From positions 30,752,001 through 30,816,000 of the forward strand of contig OZ024758.1 of the NCBI GenBank assembly GCA_964016885.1: a stretch of DNA of 64,000 nt. Direction: 5' to 3'. Under the pieces are notes generated by a model. That model saw only the letters and a list, made by a program, of their open reading frames with translations, was not told the origin of the DNA and did no database searches. Source of the stretch: Eledone cirrhosa (taxonomy: Eukaryota). The translations under genes were made by a program, and so were the position numbers. This document shows, in pieces, positions 30,513 to 46,574 of this stretch (position 1 is its first letter; every line of letters starts with the position of its first letter).

Positions 30513-31503
30513 TCATTTAGGTTTGGTGGTTCACCACTGGATAGAACTGGTCATTCCGTATGGCGGCCAACCGAACTAGAAACTACTAAATGTGTAGCCG
30601 CCTTCTTGTCTCTCTGCGTTTTCAGCCCCATGGATTATATTCCTTTGTTAAATTTCGAATACCATATATAGAGACGAAAACACAAAAAGGGGTTAGGTTT
30701 TCATTTACAATGGGTGCCTGATTTCATTCTAACACCACTTGCGTTATTCAGTTGTCTTATCGTTAGAGACGTTGGCTATACCTTCTTTAAACCGGTTGAT
30801 AAACCCTGTGATTGTATCGAACCACCAGATTGGCGAATTATCCTCTTCTTTGGGAATGTCCAGGTGTGTATAGTTATAAAGTTGGGTGTTTTACATTTTA
30901 ATTTTACCTCTTAATTATTATGTATTTTCTCCACTTTTCATAGACCTGATATCTTTCACTATAGTAGTTCACTACCTCTTGTAAATGAAAACAAACTTTT
31001 TGTTTTTTTTTCTGTATATACTGTATTATTGAGAGCTCGGTAATTTATTTCTTGAGCTCATCAAATTACAGGGGATTAAGGCGAGTCTTTAACTCCGTTT
31101 TTTCAGTTGATATATATATATTTATATATTTATATATTTATATATATATATATGAAATAAAGATGGCGTAGGCATACAATACAGGAGGAAACATAATAGC
31201 ACCACTGACGATGTTGCAGATGTGCAACGAAAGAACTTTGTTAGACTATATATATGTGTTTGTGTCTATATTATATCTGTATTTTTGACTGTTGGTCAGT
31301 CAATGGTAACATTGTGGACCGAATAAATTAAATTAACCGATATAAAAGACACAGAAGCGAAAACCAACCAAACAGAGAGTGTGTTCTGTTATTAATTCTG
31401 GCAATATTATTACACAAATATGACCCTCCCCAAGTATAACTATATATATATATATATAGTCCTTATGTATAAATATATATGTATATATGTATATATATAT
31501 ATG

Positions 31504-31990
31504 TAATAACTAGGAATTGATCAACATATATATAAATAAATATAAACATGAAAAATGACAGGAGATAATTTCTACAAGCGTGTAACCACGCATGGCTAGT
31601 AGGTAACAAGTAAATAAAGTTAACTAGAACTTCAAAAATATATACCTTTTAATGATTAATCTTCCCTGTATATATTTCATTAAAGAAATATATTTCACCA
31701 GGGAAGATTAATCATTAAAAGGTATATATTTTTGAAGTTCTAGTTAACTTTATTTACTTGTTACCTACTAGCCATGCGTGGTTACACGCTTGTAGAAATT
31801 ATCTCCTGTCATTTTTCATGTTTATATTTATTTATATATATGTTGATCAATTCCTAGTTATTATTAAATGCTCGTACCTACAAAGTCCTAGAGCTTATTT
31901 TCCGGGCGATATGGCGCATTCCGTTAAGGAATGACACCCACAATTTCGATTCGGATTGAATTCTTTTAATCTATCTTAATTTTGGATATA
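31504..31990. mobile_element. Asymmetric IR element (no clear HHR core)
   Basis: Arms ~31504-31667 / 31699-31865; extension with GCTC..GAGC hairpin. Confidence 0.8.
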
Positions 31991-31991
31991 G

Positions 31992-32069
<78 letters not shown>

Positions 32070-32078
32070 GTATATATG

Positions 32079-32123
<45 letters not shown>

Positions 32124-32140
32124 ATATGTATATATATATG

Positions 32141-32171
<31 letters not shown>

Positions 32172-32250
32172 GTATATATGTATATATATATGTATATATG
32201 TATATATATATGTATATATATATATGTATGTATATATGTATATATATATG

Positions 32251-32281
<31 letters not shown>

Positions 32282-32282
32282 G

Positions 32283-32313
<31 letters not shown>

Positions 32314-32632
32314 GTATATATATATATGTATGTATATATATATATGTATGTATATCTGTATATATATGTATATATATGTATATATATGTATATATATATG
32401 TATATATATGTATATATATATGTATATATATGTATATATATATGTATATATATGTGTATATATATATGTATATATATGTGTATATATATATGTATATATA
32501 TATGTGTATATATATATGTATATATATGTGTATATATATATGTATATATATGTGTATATATATATGTATATATATATGTACATATGTATATATATATGTA
32601 CATATGTATATATATATGTATATATGTATATA

Positions 32633-32670
<38 letters not shown>

Positions 32671-32674
<4 letters not shown>

Positions 32675-33006
32675 CAAGGTTTAGCAAATAATGAAAAAGT
32701 TACAAAATACATTTTAAAAAATTGACTTTACCTACTATAGTTACCTTTATCGATCGGTTTCGAATCTCAAAAATAAACGGAGACCATACGGCCTTCGTTG
32801 CAAAGAAAGATTCTCGTCAGAAGGTTCTTTTCATTCAAAGAATATAAAATTCTTTTTTTTTTTATTTATTTTGAAACTTTTTCATTATTTGCTAAACCTT
32901 GATTATATATGTTCTGGCTCGTTAATTTATTAACCTACCATTGAAACACATTGGCATTTGGTTGGACAATACATGCGCCTTGTGCGTGTAGGAACACATA
33001 TCCTAT

Positions 33007-33008
<2 letters not shown>
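32671..33008. mobile_element. Asymmetric IR element with HHR
   Basis: Arms 32671-32709 / 32867-32906 plus extension. Confidence 0.75.
32743..32825 (-). ncRNA. Hammerhead ribozyme
   Basis: acctt-CTGACGA-gaatct..agattc-GAAA-ccgatcga-TA-aaggt. Confidence 0.75.
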
Positions 33009-33037
<29 letters not shown>

Positions 33038-33080
33038 GTACATATGTATATATGTATATATATATGTATATATGTATATA

Positions 33081-33187
<107 letters not shown>

Positions 33188-33188
33188 G

Positions 33189-33692
<504 letters not shown>

Positions 33693-33759
33693 ATATATAT
33701 GTATATATATATATATGTATATATATATGTATATATGTATATATATATGTATATATATG

Positions 33760-33932
<173 letters not shown>

Positions 33933-34803
33933 GTATATATGTATATATATATGTATATATGTATATATGTATATATATATGTATATATGTATATATAAAA
34001 ATATATGTATATATAAAAATATATGTATATATATATATAAGTATATATGTATATATATGTATATTTGTATATATATGTATATATGTATATATATGTATGT
34101 ATATATGTATATATATATGTATATATATATGTATATATATGTATATATATATGTATATATATATGTATATATATATGTATGTATATATGTATATATATGT
34201 GTGTATATGTATATATGTATATATATGTGTGTATACATATATGTATATATATATATATGTATATATATATGTATATATATATATATATGTATGTATATAT
34301 GTATATATATATATGCATGTATATTTATGTATATATATATATGTATATATATATGTATATTTATGTATATATATATGTGTATATATATATGTGTATATAT
34401 ATATGTATATATATGTATATATATATGTATATATATATATATATATGTATGTATATATGTATATATATATGCATATATATTTATGTATATATATATATGT
34501 ATATATATATGTATATATATGTATATATATATGTATATATATGTATTTATATATATGTATATATATATGTATATATATATGTGTATATAGGATAACAATA
34601 TATCGTTAATCTGATAAGAGATTGTGAAAACTACTTATCATGGATAGTTTAAGCTTACGGCGTTGTTTGACTCAACAAGAGGTTTACGTGGAGGACGAGT
34701 TATTGACTTCACTTGTATTCCTATGTAAGTTTATCTTGGAGTAGTAAAATTGAAAAAGTGAAGAATAACAAGGTCAACAGTACAAACAAGGAAATTTATT
34801 TAC

Positions 34804-34909
34804 AGTCTAACAATTGTTTCTATGATGGAGTTGTCTAAAAATTGCTAAACACTGAAGTTAGCGGCACTCAATTTAAAATACATGCAACCTCTATCATTTC
34901 GTCAGAGAG
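34804..34909 (-). ncRNA. Hammerhead ribozyme (long stem II)
   Basis: tct-CTGACGA-aatgatagag..ctccatcata-GAAA-caattg-TT-aga; related fragment 8123-8240. Confidence 0.55.
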
Positions 34910-35811
34910 CTGGGAAAAAATACAAAATATATGCATAACGGTAAATTTATGAATTCAAATTCAATAATAATATTAATAATAAAGATATAGAGAGAAATAA
35001 AGGAAGGGGGACAGATGGAAAGGAGGGGAAAAAAAGAAAGACGACGAAAGGCGGGCGACCAGCACGAGGCACGATCGATATGGTGATCAAACCTGACTCT
35101 GAAATCGCGCGGTCCTCGGATACGTCTCGATTCTACGTAGCAGATTTTCCTATTGTCCTTTAACATCGAATTCTTTAACATTGAATTCCATGAGTGGTCA
35201 AGAATTGTACACGTCACCGGTATTTCTAGCCACTCATGGTTGCCCACTGGTTGGTTCTTCTTCTCCACCTGTCAATAAAAATTTCTTCATATATCAGAAT
35301 TACTACTTTGGTGGGAGAGAGGCTGTAATCTTGAACGGCTGGCATCACTTCGACGTCTTCATTGACCCTAGGCGCCCTCGTCCACAGCGGTCAGGTACAC
35401 ACCCGCAATTATGCTGTCTGCGGCAGTCATTGTAGATAATGTTTGGAGGGAATTAAAAAAAAAAATCTATAGGGATATTTAGCATAACATTAGTAGGACA
35501 CAGCCTGAGAATACCCTCCACCATACATATTTCAAAAAAAAAAAAAAAAAAATCTGTATTAAGAACGTTTTTAAATGAAAGGCTCTATCAAAGGTGTTTT
35601 CAACAAATACACCCAAGTCTACACTGACACACTGGAAGCAAAATGTTATTTAATTTGTTGGTTATTCAACAAATTTATTTATAACAGATTCGAAGCACTC
35701 TACACAATTTCTTCTGGAGTATAATATCAATAATATTTGACTATTCAAACAGAAATTAAAACGATAAGTTCTTGTTTTTTGGATATGTCACTATTTATAA
35801 AACAACTGTTG

Positions 35812-35873
35812 TATTTTATCTGATGAGTGCGTACCAAGAATCTTGGTACCCTTGAAATATATATAATAAAATA
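35812..35873 (+). ncRNA. Hammerhead ribozyme (family B)
   Basis: tattttat-CTGATGA-g..gtaccaaga/tcttggtac..-GAAA-tatata-TA-ataaaata; within element ~35635-35915. Confidence 0.85.
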
Positions 35874-35912
35874 AATATGGTTTTATAAAGATAGTTTCCA
35901 TTTATTAATATT

Positions 35913-36021
<109 letters not shown>

Positions 36022-36399
36022 ATGGGAAATGAAAAATCAGTGATGAATCGGAACTCAATTTATTACAACCAAACACAGCAGTAATTTATTGAAGTGTAAC
36101 AGCCGTGTGACAGCTAACGCCCTGGTGGTCAGCGGACTGATACCTGTGGTCAGAATTATGGTGACGTCGATAACCAGCGGCCAATCACAGGACGCGCGAA
36201 CAGGATGAAGTTTTTGACGGTACTAGCCCAGAGGGTCAGATACTCCAGTGAGAGAATATGCTCCGAAATCATTAGACGTGTCCGTCGAACCTGCGGGTCC
36301 AGAATCAGACAGATCCACACAATGATTACAATTGTAACACAATAAATTGAGTTCAGATGCATCACTGATTTTTCGTTTTATATTATATATATATATATT

Positions 36400-36431
<32 letters not shown>

Positions 36432-36447
36432 TATATATATATATATA

Positions 36448-36901
<454 letters not shown>

Positions 36902-37044
36902 ATTAAAATACTGGAGCGTGTTGGAGTAAAACACCCTCTTCGTATTATAGAAATGACAGTAAAAGGTATAGCTCAATGTAATTAAACAGAGCCGAAGAAT
37001 TATAAAAGTAAAACAAAGAAGCCTTCAATACATCAAAAGTCTTT

Positions 37045-37090
37045 ATTAGCCAACAATGTTTCGTCCTATTAAGGACTCATCAGGGCAATT
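37045..37090 (-). ncRNA. Hammerhead ribozyme (family E), canonical CTGATGAGTCC..GGACGAAAC
   Basis: gcc-CTGATGA-gtcct taat aggac-GAAA-cattg-TT-ggc; element 36899-37285. Confidence 0.9.
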
Positions 37091-37287
37091 AAAACAAGAA
37101 GAAGTATTATCGGCCAATACAAGCCGAAAACTCCGAAGAATATGGAGTGTACATACACTAAAGTATTGCAAGATTATGGGTAAAAATATATAATAAAAAT
37201 CACTAAGGAGGTGTATAACATTTAGAACCATATTACAAATATAGTCCAAAGCAAAAAAACCTAGAGCTAAACAAAGGTGGTTATATA

Positions 37288-37435
<148 letters not shown>

Positions 37436-37552
37436 CTGTGTGTGTATATATATATATGTGTGTGTGTGTATATATATATATGTGTGTGTGTATATATATA
37501 TATATGTGTGTGTGTATATATATATATATATGTGTGTGTGTATATATATATA

Positions 37553-37595
<43 letters not shown>

Positions 37596-37717
37596 GTAGG
37601 AGGTGAGTTTTATTGTAGTACAATAAAGCAATGCAGATATCGGATAAGAAGCACTCTACAGTTTGTAGGACTGGAGTATACATAATATAAGATCAAAAGA
37701 TGGTTAAAGGAGTTCCA

Positions 37718-37790
37718 TGTATTTTATTATGCGCATTTCAAAAACAAACATCATCATGCAATAATATTTGTGTTTTCATCAGATAAAACA
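37718..37790 (-). ncRNA. Hammerhead ribozyme (family A)
   Basis: TCATCAG at 37776; same fold as 2332-2404. Confidence 0.85.
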
Positions 37791-39779
37791 GGAGAACATG
37801 ATATGAAGGCTAAAAAACACTTGTGGATTGTGCAGTTTTAAATCAACATATGAAAAGTGGTTTTAGATTGATGTGTTATATTGGGAAAAATATTTTATTT
37901 AGAGAGGGGGGGTGGAAAGGATGAAAAAGGGGAGGAGATGAGAGGGAGAGATGGGTGATAGAGAGAAAGAGATAGTTTTTATAACTGAGAGAAGATATAT
38001 TGTTTTACATAGAGAGGTTGAAAACCGTTGGAAGATAATGTATAAATTAAAAGAATTTGAAAATTAACGAAGGGAAAGATATGTACGAGGAAAAAATATT
38101 TTATTTAGGGAGGGGGTGGTGGAAAGGATGAAAAAAGGGGGAGGAGATGAGAGTGAAGGTGGAGAGGGAGAGATGGGTGATAGAGAGAAAGAGATAGTTT
38201 TTATAACTGAGAAAAGATATATTGTTTTTCATAGAGAGGTTGAGAACCGTTGGAAGATAATGTATAAATTAAAAGAATTTGAAAATTAACGAAGGGAAAA
38301 ATATTTGCGAGGAAAGAGAGGGAGTTTATGTATGAAGATAGAGAGAAAAAAATAATAATTGTGGATGAATATTCTAACATCAAAAAGGTGTATGTTGATA
38401 AGTATTGTGGCAATTTCAAAATTAACGAAGAGAAAAAATTATTAAGGTTTGTGTGTAGAAGGATTTGAGAAAAATAATGTGGAGTTAAAGTTTGTATATT
38501 GAAGGAATTGATAATATGTGCGAAGAAAAGAGTTAATATGTATTAAGAATGAGTTCGTTGATGGGGAGAAAAAAATAATAAATTAAGGATGAAATTGAGA
38601 TTAAAAAGTTTTATGATAGAGAGAAAAAATAATAATAATTGCGGATGAATATTCTAACGTCAAAAAACCAAATGTATATGTTATGAAGGATTTTACAAGG
38701 TGAAGATAGAAAGAGGGTAATGAGTAAACAAGTATTATAGAGTGTATAATGCCCTTTGAAGTAAGGTAGGAAGATGGGTAAATTTTAAAGAGGTGTATGT
38801 ATATGTGCCTTACTTCAAAGGGCATTATACACTCTATAATACTTGTTTACTCATTACCCTCTTTCTATCTTCACCTTGTAAAATCCTTCATAACATATAC
38901 ATTTGTTTTTTTGACGTTAGAATATTCATCCGCAATTATTATTATTTTTTCTCTCTATCATAAAACTTTTTAATCTCAATTTCATCCTTAATTTATTATT
39001 TTTTTCTCCCCATCAACGAACTCATTCTTAATACATATTAACTCTTTTCTTCGCACATATTATCAATTCCTTCAATATACAAACTTTAACTCCACATTAT
39101 TTTTCTCAAATCCTTCTACACACAAACCTTAATAATTTTTTTCTCTTCGTTAATTTTGAAATTGCCACAATACTTATCAACATACACCTTTTTGACGTTA
39201 GAATATTCATCCACAATTATTATTTTTTTCTCTCTATCTTCATACATAAACTCCCTCTCTTTCCTCGCAAATATTTTTCCCTTCGTTAATTTTCAAATTC
39301 TTTTAATTTATACATTATCTTCCAACGGTTCTCAACCTCTCTATGTAAAACAATATATCTTTTCTCGGTTATAAAAACTATCTCTTTCTCTCTATCACCC
39401 ATCTCTCCCTCTCCACCTTCACTCTCATCTCCTCCCCCTTTTTTCATCCTTTCCACCACCCCCTCCCTAAATAAAATATTTTTTCCTCGTACATATCTTT
39501 CCCTTCGTTAATTTTCAAATTCTTTTAATTTATACATTATCTTCCAACGGTTTTCAACCTCTCTATGTAAAACAATATATCTTCTCTCAGTTATAAAAAC
39601 TATCTATTTCTCTCTATCACCCATCTCTCCCTCTCATCTCCTCCCCTTTTTCATCCTCCCCCCCTCTCTAAATAAAATATTTTTCCCAATATCACACATC
39701 AATCTAAAACCACTTTTCATATGTTGATTTAAAACTGCACTATCCACAAGTGTTTTTTAGCCTTCATATCATGTTCTCC

Positions 39780-39852
39780 TGTTTTATCTGATGAAAACAC
39801 AAATATTATTGCATGATGATGTTTGTTTTTGAAATGCGTATAATAAAATACA
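39780..39852 (+). ncRNA. Hammerhead ribozyme (family A)
   Basis: CTGATGA at 39788; GAAA-tgcgta-TA. Confidence 0.8.
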
Positions 39853-39888
39853 TGGAACTCCTTTAACCATCTTTTGATCTTATATTAT

Positions 39889-40913
<1,025 letters not shown>

Positions 40914-40915
<2 letters not shown>

Positions 40916-41050
40916 TTTCTGAAGACAGCATATATATGTGTAGGTATGTATATTCCCTCTGATAGTTTGTATAAATATTGTACATAGATCTATAGAATAT
41001 GCATACCAACGCTAACACATATATATCCTAGAAACGATCGTAAAATGATG
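40914..41050 (+). ncRNA. Hammerhead ribozyme with ~105-nt stem II
   Basis: CTGAAGA at 40919, GAAA-cgatcg-TA at 41031; copy at 45171. Confidence 0.65.
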
Positions 41051-41261
41051 AATTTTTTTAATATAAGGAACTGTTTCTTTGTTTATTCATTATTTTATTA
41101 ATTTATCTTGACTCTGTTTTCCGTTTATTTTTCACCGAAAGTAGTTTTTGAATGCATCTTCTCTTTTCATGATATCCGGATTACATTGAGTTCTTCATAC
41201 GGATTGGACACAACCGTAAACTTTTGGTAGATTTATCTACATATATTTATATATATATATT

Positions 41262-41387
<126 letters not shown>

Positions 41388-41452
41388 CATATATATAAAT
41401 ATATATTATGGAATACTGTTGGCTTTTCGCTACAATGTTTTCTATACCTTTC

Positions 41453-41506
<54 letters not shown>

Positions 41507-41565
41507 GAAAGGTATAGAAAACATTGTAGCGAAAAGCCAACAGTATTCCATAATATATATTTATA

Positions 41566-41616
<51 letters not shown>

Positions 41617-41826
41617 GAAGTGGTTACAAAACGGTTAGTCCACCATAACGAGAACAATTGTTTCACCTTAGCGGATCCTGTATACATACGTACCCACATA
41701 CATAAATACTTATACTCACACACATACATGCACATAAACATGCATACACACGTATACACACATATAAACATACATACATACACACGTACATATACTCACA
41801 TACAGACACACATACACATATACATT

Positions 41827-41919
<93 letters not shown>

Positions 41920-42251
41920 ATAATAGTAATAATAATAAAATTGAAGACTAAAATCCAAAGAGGGCTCGATAAGCAGCGATTCTTTGCTTAAACTTTAATC
42001 TGTTATTTTAATAAATATATATATATATATATACACATATAAATATATACATACACACACATATATACACACATATATACTTGCGTGAGTATACATTGAT
42101 ACAAACATAAACGCATTTCGGGTTATTATATGTATCTAACTGTCCAGACAGGAGAAAAAATAAAACAAAATAAATAATAAGGTTTAAATAAATCCACCAG
42201 CTCGCACACACGCGCAACTTGTACATAAACACATTGGAGTATAAAAATACA

Positions 42252-42441
42252 TGGTAGATTGACTGTATCAGTAGAGAGTCGGACGCCATGCTGTGACGTA
42301 TAAAGTTATGTCCCTTACCATTCTGAGTTCAAATCCCGCCGAGGTTAACTTTACCTTTCATCCTCACGGGGTCGATAAAATAAAGTACCAGTAATGCACT
42401 GGGAGATTGCTGGCCTTGTGCCAAACGTAGAAGCAATTATA
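42252..42441 (+). mobile_element. SINE copy
   Basis: Same family. Confidence 0.85.
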
Positions 42442-42577
42442 TAAAAGAATGTAACTAGAAATATATATATATAGTAGTAAGAATATTTATATTTATATAT
42501 ATGTTTGATACAACTATAAATATGGAGAGTAGTACTAAGTACTAGCCGATTTTAGTTACATGTTTCGACATTCCCTG

Positions 42578-42624
42578 TGCTCCGATGATCCCAGACTTTC
42601 CTCTGGGAGAAACAATTGTCAGCA
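42578..42624 (+). ncRNA. Hammerhead ribozyme, U4C core variant
   Basis: tgct-CCGATGA-tcccaga/tctggga-GAAA-caattg-TC-agca. Confidence 0.75.
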
Positions 42625-42685
42625 AATAAATGTTCTAAACTAATATTTGATCGTTTTAACACTTTGTATATATATATATATATAT

Positions 42686-43273
42686 ATGATGGTTGCCCCC
42701 TCATTATCGAGTATGGCCATTGCACCGTATACCATTATTAATAATTATTAATTAATCCTATCGTGAAATGCCTGTGCGTGAAAATATTGTTTAAAGTAAG
42801 GAAAGACTGTGCACTGAGCCAATCCCACTCTCTGAGCGACAGAAGCTATAACCCGAAAAGAAGAAAAGATCAACATCATCGGTAACTACTGAGTCGCAGG
42901 TTTTATATCGGAGTTATCCCAAATTTCTGAGTTCCCTTCTCCTAGAAGAATGCCGTGACAAAGGCTAGGGGTCCTTCACTCCCAGTGGTTTAACCGCGCG
43001 ATCGGGCGTCCAGCCCGACTATTTCTATGTCCCCGCGCATATACATACACCCATGCATATACACATATACATACACATACATATGTACATGTGTATATAC
43101 ATATTTACACACTTTCGGATGGCCGTTGACTGTTATGAGTTCTTCCGCCCTTTGTCAGGTTTTGTTTTTTGTCCTGCAGGGTGTCCAAAATCACCCTCCT
43201 CACCAAGTAAACTTGGTGGGGTTGCAGGTTTAGTCACCGACATGTTACCAGTAGCACTCAAGAGTGACCCGAC

Positions 43274-43275
<2 letters not shown>
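42686..43275 (-). mobile_element. Copy of the 9052-9678 element
   Basis: Reverse-complement similarity throughout. Confidence 0.8.
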
Positions 43276-43306
<31 letters not shown>

Positions 43307-43307
43307 T

Positions 43308-43360
<53 letters not shown>

Positions 43361-43603
43361 CTATCAATCATACAATCATACGCACACTTATGTATGTATA
43401 TATATATACATATATACACATGTATGTATATATATACATATGTATGTATATATATACATACACATACACATATATATATATACAGGTACATAGACATACA
43501 TACAAACATACACACACATATGTTTATATATGTATATATATATATATATACATACACACACACACACACACACACATATATACACACACATGCATATATA
43601 TAC

Positions 43604-43673
<70 letters not shown>

Positions 43674-43828
43674 TTATTATTTTTTCCACATAACCTTATG
43701 TTCCAGTTCAGTGTGTATATTTTTCTCGTTATTGTTTTATTTCTCATCTTTATTTTATTGTATATCAGCCTCGCTTTCAATTGTTTTAGCCTTTATTTTT
43801 AAATTCATATCTTACGTCCTTATTAAAT

Positions 43829-43901
43829 TTTCATTCTGATGAGCGATTTCAGACGTCAGTGTTGAGTTCGCCTGTCTTCGTGAAACCTTTGGTAAATGGA
43901 A
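43829..43901 (+). ncRNA. Hammerhead ribozyme
   Basis: ttcatt-CTGATGA-gcga..tcgt-GAAA-cc ttt gg-TA-aatggaa; 3' flank shared with the 20305 element. Confidence 0.75.
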
Positions 43902-44006
43902 TAATTGTCTTATGTTGTTTATTACATAATTATATATATAAATATATAAATATAAATAAATATATATATTTTAAAAAAAAAAAAATAGAGTTGTGACACA
44001 CGAGTT

Positions 44007-44348
44007 GTAAAAGGAAAAGAAAATGCTGTCAAATTTTTCCCAGTGAAAAATAGTTTAATTAGGAATAAGTATAAATTAGTAATAAGTATTGGTTAGTATT
44101 CAGTTTTAGTTTTAAGTTTTTACCGGTTGAGCATTACTAATGCTTTTCAAAAATAATTCTCGGATTAGAGCAAATATCACGAGCGCTCTATCTCAAAATT
44201 ATTTTTGAAAAGCATTAGAAATGCGCAACCGGTAAAAACTTAAAACTAAAACTGAATACTAACCAATACTTATTACTAATTTATACTTATTTCTAATTAA
44301 ACTATTTTTCAATGGGAAAAATTTGTCAGCATTTTCTTTTCCTTTTAC
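44007..44348. mobile_element. IR element (HHR 3' half only)
   Basis: Arms ~44007-44158 / 44196-44348. Confidence 0.75.
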
Positions 44349-44374
44349 TAATATATATATATATATATATATAC

Positions 44375-44909
44375 GGAAAAAAAAAGAAACAAAATTTCAT
44401 TTCTCACTCTTAGTACGGCTGTTACTTAAATATAAGTATGTATACGTACATACATATATGTATACAGACGTACAGTAGTATGTATATATATACATACATA
44501 CACACATATATATATGTACGTATCGGTTTACGAACATTTATTATAATGTTCGGTTTGTTTGTAAACAAACAAACAGCCCGAATTAAGCCGTATAGTGTTT
44601 AGCAACCATCGTTGCCCTTCTGTTCAACACTGACAAAGGAACGATGTACTAGTTTCAAGCTTATTAGCTATCGTCAGCATCGTATACATTCCTGCCAGAT
44701 GATTGAACGTCTGAAAGTATATACTTTCCTTGTGCATATTTACGGCTGAGCAGCATAATTTGCATATCGAGTGAGTTAGTCGGCTGGGCGCACCGAAAAC
44801 GATAAATGGAAAAAAATGAAACAAAATTTCATTTCTCACTCTTAGTACGGCTGTGACTTAAATATAAGTATGTACACGTACATACATATATGTATACAGA
44901 CGTATAGTA

Positions 44910-44979
<70 letters not shown>

Positions 44980-45096
44980 GAGCATTATAATAAATGTTCG
45001 GTAAAAACGATACGTACATATATATATGTGTGCATGTATGTATATATATACATACTACTGTACGTCTGTATACTTATATGTATGTACGTATACATA

Positions 45097-45100
<4 letters not shown>
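44375..45100. mobile_element. Family D element, 432-nt period, inverted arm 44983-45100
   Basis: Repeat at 44389/44821; homologous to 7284-8048. Confidence 0.8.
44641..44683 (-). ncRNA. Minimal hammerhead ribozyme (family D)
   Basis: acgatg-CTGACGA-tagct aata agctt-GAAA-ctag-TA-catcgt. Confidence 0.9.
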
Positions 45101-45151
<51 letters not shown>

Positions 45152-45170
45152 GCATTATTATATATATATA

Positions 45171-45306
45171 CATTATTTCTGAAGACAGCATATATATGTG
45201 TAGGTATGTATATTCCCTCTGATAGTTTGTAAACATTTTACATAGATCTATATGATATACATACCAACACACACATATATATCCTAGAAACGATCGTAAA
45301 ATGATG
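45171..45306 (+). ncRNA. Hammerhead ribozyme with long stem II
   Basis: cattattt-CTGAAGA-..atatatatgtgt/acacatatatat..-GAAA-cgatcg-TA-aaatgatg. Confidence 0.75.
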
Positions 45307-45510
45307 AATTTTTTAATATAAGGAACTGTTTCTTTGTTTTTATTCATTATTTTTATTAATTTACATATATATATATATATATTTATATATGCGTTTATAT
45401 ATATATATATATATGTATGTATATATATATAAATATATGTATATATATAATTATATGCATGTATATATACGATATTAAACAAATGGAAACTATATTTATA
45501 AAACCATATT

Positions 45511-45576
45511 TATTTCATTATACATATTTCAGGGATACCATATTAAAAATATGGCATGCCTTCGTCAGATAAAATA
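45511..45576 (-). ncRNA. Hammerhead ribozyme (family B-related)
   Basis: tattttat-CTGACGA-agg..cct-GAAA-tatgta-TA-atgaaata; copy at 63010-63075. Confidence 0.7.
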
Positions 45577-45654
45577 CAATATATAAACAGTTTTATAAAA
45601 AATTTTGACGTACCATAATATTAGCGACCATTAAATTAGGAGGCTGCCTTGGTG

Positions 45655-45688
<34 letters not shown>

Positions 45689-45691
<3 letters not shown>

Positions 45692-46010
45692 GTAGGTCCC
45701 GGGTTGAGTCGGGGATAACCACAGTAAGTAAGGTACTCAATACATGGCAGAGTAAAATTTTTTTATTTTATAGAAGGAGCTTCTACAGGACTAGTACTGT
45801 TTCATTCAGATGAAATCTTCAGGAAGCTCCTTCTATAAAATAAAAAAATTTTACTCTGCCATGTATTGAGTACCTTACTTACTGTGGTTATCCCCGACTC
45901 AACCCGGGACCTACGTATCCAAGCACACCCTAGTGCCCTTATAACCATCCTCAAGAGCTTCCTGAAGATTTCATCTGAATGAAACAGTACTAGTCCTGTA
46001 GAAGCTCCTT

Positions 46011-46015
<5 letters not shown>
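45689..46015. mobile_element. Compact HHR element with 178-nt monomer and inversion
   Basis: IR 45689-45783 / 45823-45917; HHRs at 45777-45829(-) and 45955-46007(+). Confidence 0.85.
45955..46007 (+). ncRNA. Hammerhead ribozyme (inverted copy at 45777-45829)
   Basis: gagcttc-CTGAAGA-tttcatctgaat-GAAA-cag tactagtc ctg-TA-gaagctc. Confidence 0.75.
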
Positions 46016-46066
<51 letters not shown>

Positions 46067-46574
46067 ATAATCATATATATAAAACATGATCATATTCATA
46101 AAAAATATTTCTATGTTACATATTGTTCCTATTTTTATCCTATGTCTAATACTCCGCCATTAACTTACAAATCGTTAGAATCAAAACAACAAAACCTCTC
46201 GATACATTGTTAGAGGATTCTATTCGCTATTCATATCTTGTCAACATGATATTATCTATGCTAATAACTGAAACGTAAGCTGCTTGTCCTGCCATGTTTG
46301 GTAATATTATATCACGTAAATGATACAATAATCTTATTTCAATCCCACTGATGGATTCGTAGCTGAAGGACATGGTTATACATTGTTTCCCAGACGGAAA
46401 TCTCAGAAGTCTTCTCATATAAACAGAAAAAAAATGTTACACGGGAATTGTAAACTGAGCAAACGAAAATGTCAGGTGGTTTTCTTTTATATTTCCTATA
46501 GATAGAAAGACGCATTCATTGTTTTATTGGGAATGCATATACACGCATATTTATCTATCTGTCTGTCTATCTTC

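Larger units (their letters stand above)
37596..39888. mobile_element. Family A: 2.2-kb near-perfect palindrome plus extension
   Basis: Arms 37682-38766 / 38808-39888, 41-nt spacer; extension 37596-37681. Confidence 0.9.
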
